DNA of 64,000 nucleotides from assembly GCA_047495785.1 (NCBI GenBank), contig JBLDXI010000002.1, positions 744,001 through 808,000 on the forward strand. Reading direction: 5' to 3'. The translations under genes were made by a program, and so were the position numbers. Source of the DNA: Lepidodermella squamata. Lineage: Eukaryota > Animalia > Gastrotricha. Below, piece by piece: positions 62,520 to 64,000 of the stretch (positions are counted from its first letter, which is position 1; the number at the start of each line of letters is the position of its first letter). The notes beneath the pieces are model-generated. The model did no database searches, was not told the DNA's origin, and was given only the letters and a program-made list of their open reading frames with translations.

Positions 62520-63677
62520 GGCAGAAATGAGCGAAAACGGAGACGATTTGTAAACTATGGATTCTTCTAATATTGGAGAAATATTAGCTGTTAGATAGTT
62601 CTGTTATGCTTATGAATTAAAAGACCTAACAAATCTAAAGCTTTTACCCAAAGCAGAAGAATATTATTGGTAGCGAGCCAACATTTAAACCCAATTCATT
62701 TATTTCTACAAATATTGCATTCAGATGACAACGGTGTTTGGTATTCAGTTATGCTCAATTGGCAAGGTTTACAGATTAAATGGTAAAACTGACGTGGACA
62801 ACAAATTCGATTCATTCAATATTTCTGTTGCCAGAATGCTGAGCTTAAGATCATTGTGTTTCGAATATAATGAGAAGCTGATACGTGATTCATACGCAAT
62901 CACGCGTCGTTACGCTTTTATTCGCCCAACAGCATATCGCATGCTTAATCATCCTGGATATAAACTTAATTTCCCGCAAGTTCTTATTGTTTTTTTCCCG
63001 ACTTCGCCGATTTTCGTTTTCGCTTTCGACTAGCTTCATCAGATGCAGTGCAATCGAAAAATTGGCATTTGCTGATTCTGTGCTGTTCTCTGCACTGCCA
63101 TCCGATTCATCAAATTCAGAAGACCCTGATTCGGCTGCGTACGAAGAATTGGGAAAAGACTCATGTCGCTCATCAAGCTGCTCTTAATTTCACGTTTTTT
63201 CGTAGCAATGATGAAATGACAGTAATTGGGCTTCAAAAATGATAAAATGCATTAAATGTGTTACCTTCGAGCGGGCGCCCGGCACGAAAGTAATAACACG
63301 CCTAGTGCAACCATGGCGCAACCCAGAAAATTTCGTTGAACGAGCAGCATTAAAAAGTTTGGCTAGCGCCAATCTTTTTTTGTTACAGCCGAAGTTCGCT
63401 AAAAGACCAGCTCGTTTTGACAAAGGTGCACTTCACGCCTCCGTTTTCGAGGATTTGCTGCGTTGGTGGCAGCGCGAAGTTGAGCGTAGTGAGCGGACGG
63501 GAAAAATAGGCCTCATTGTTTGCGAAATTTCGAAAAAAATCACGTGTTTATCATTATTTCGAGGCAATATATAGCTGAAAAAACCTGTTATTTCAGATTT
63601 CAGCTAATTTCTTCTTCATTTTATCTAAGACTGAAGTTTCCTTTCTACAATTGGAGAAGTATACCTCGTTTTACGCA

Positions 63678-64000
63678 ATGAAATCGATCTTGCATCTTAT
63701 AGCGATTTGCTGCCTGTTTGGTAAGCATTCATGTTGGGTTTTCCTTGCGTTGAACCAGAACAATTTCACAGGGCAATTGAACACGGCTAATGTCAGCAAA
63801 GCAAACCAAGGCAGCCAGCAAGGTGGCCAGCAAGGTCCCCCACAAGGAGGCCAACAAGGTCAGAGGGGCGGCCAGCAAGGTCAGCAAGGTGGCCAACAAG
63901 GTCAAATGGGCGGCCAACAAGGACAGCAAGGTGGCCAACAAGGTCAAATGGGCGGCCAACAAGGACAGCAAGGTGGCCAACAAGGTCAAATGGGCGGCCA
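63678..64000 (+). CDS. Secreted Gly/Gln-repeat protein (runs off the window end)
   Basis: Exon 63678-63720 (MKSILHLIAICCLF), 50-bp phase-1 intron, then an exon from 63771 encoding GGQQGQ(M/Q/R) heptad repeats. Confidence 0.8.
   Translation, partial: MKSILHLIAICCLFGKHSCWVFLALNQNNFTGQLNTANVSKANQGSQQGGQQGPPQGGQQGQRGGQQGQQGGQQGQMGGQQGQQGGQQGQMGGQQGQQGGQQGQMGG

Noticed and set aside
62725-63574. Several short ORFs between the low-complexity genes
   Set aside because: No consistent frame, motif or splice pattern.
61803-63989. Antisense hydrophobic ORFs (61803-62447, 63729-63989)
   Set aside because: Reverse-complement shadows of the Asn- and Gln/Gly-rich plus-strand genes, which have signal exons and splice sites.

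Overview
Eukaryotic (invertebrate animal) genomic DNA with a compact gene layout. Most introns are about 50 bp GT-AG, two are GC-AG, and the supplied ORF track splits almost every gene. I spliced about 21 protein-coding genes by hand. In order they are: two tandem Cys-loop (pentameric ligand-gated) channel subunits, each with two N-terminal legume/L-type-lectin-like domains spliced in frame; an intronless cathepsin D; a single-pass membrane protein; a 103-aa protein resembling a circularly permuted GIY-YIG domain; a prolyl 4-hydroxylase alpha; three paralogous secreted Sushi/C-type-lectin genes; a ZU5/death-domain protein; thymidine phosphorylase; a tandem double-Rab GTPase; a pseudokinase-ankyrin protein; a six-exon GPI-anchored Ly6/three-finger gene; a GH27 alpha-galactosidase; a STELLO/DUF288-like protein; a Tyr-rich putative GPI protein; a signal-peptide-EGF-ankyrin gene with a frameshift; a CUB-trypsin; and three secreted low-complexity (prion-like) proteins. 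Non-autonomous DNA-transposon derivatives (piggyBac-like, Tc1/mariner-like, P-like) lie between or within genes. The best candidate for a new system is the lectin-fused orphan Cys-loop channel pair, followed by the double Rab and the permuted GIY-YIG protein. The organism cannot be identified from the sequence alone, and all domain calls are by eye without database searches.
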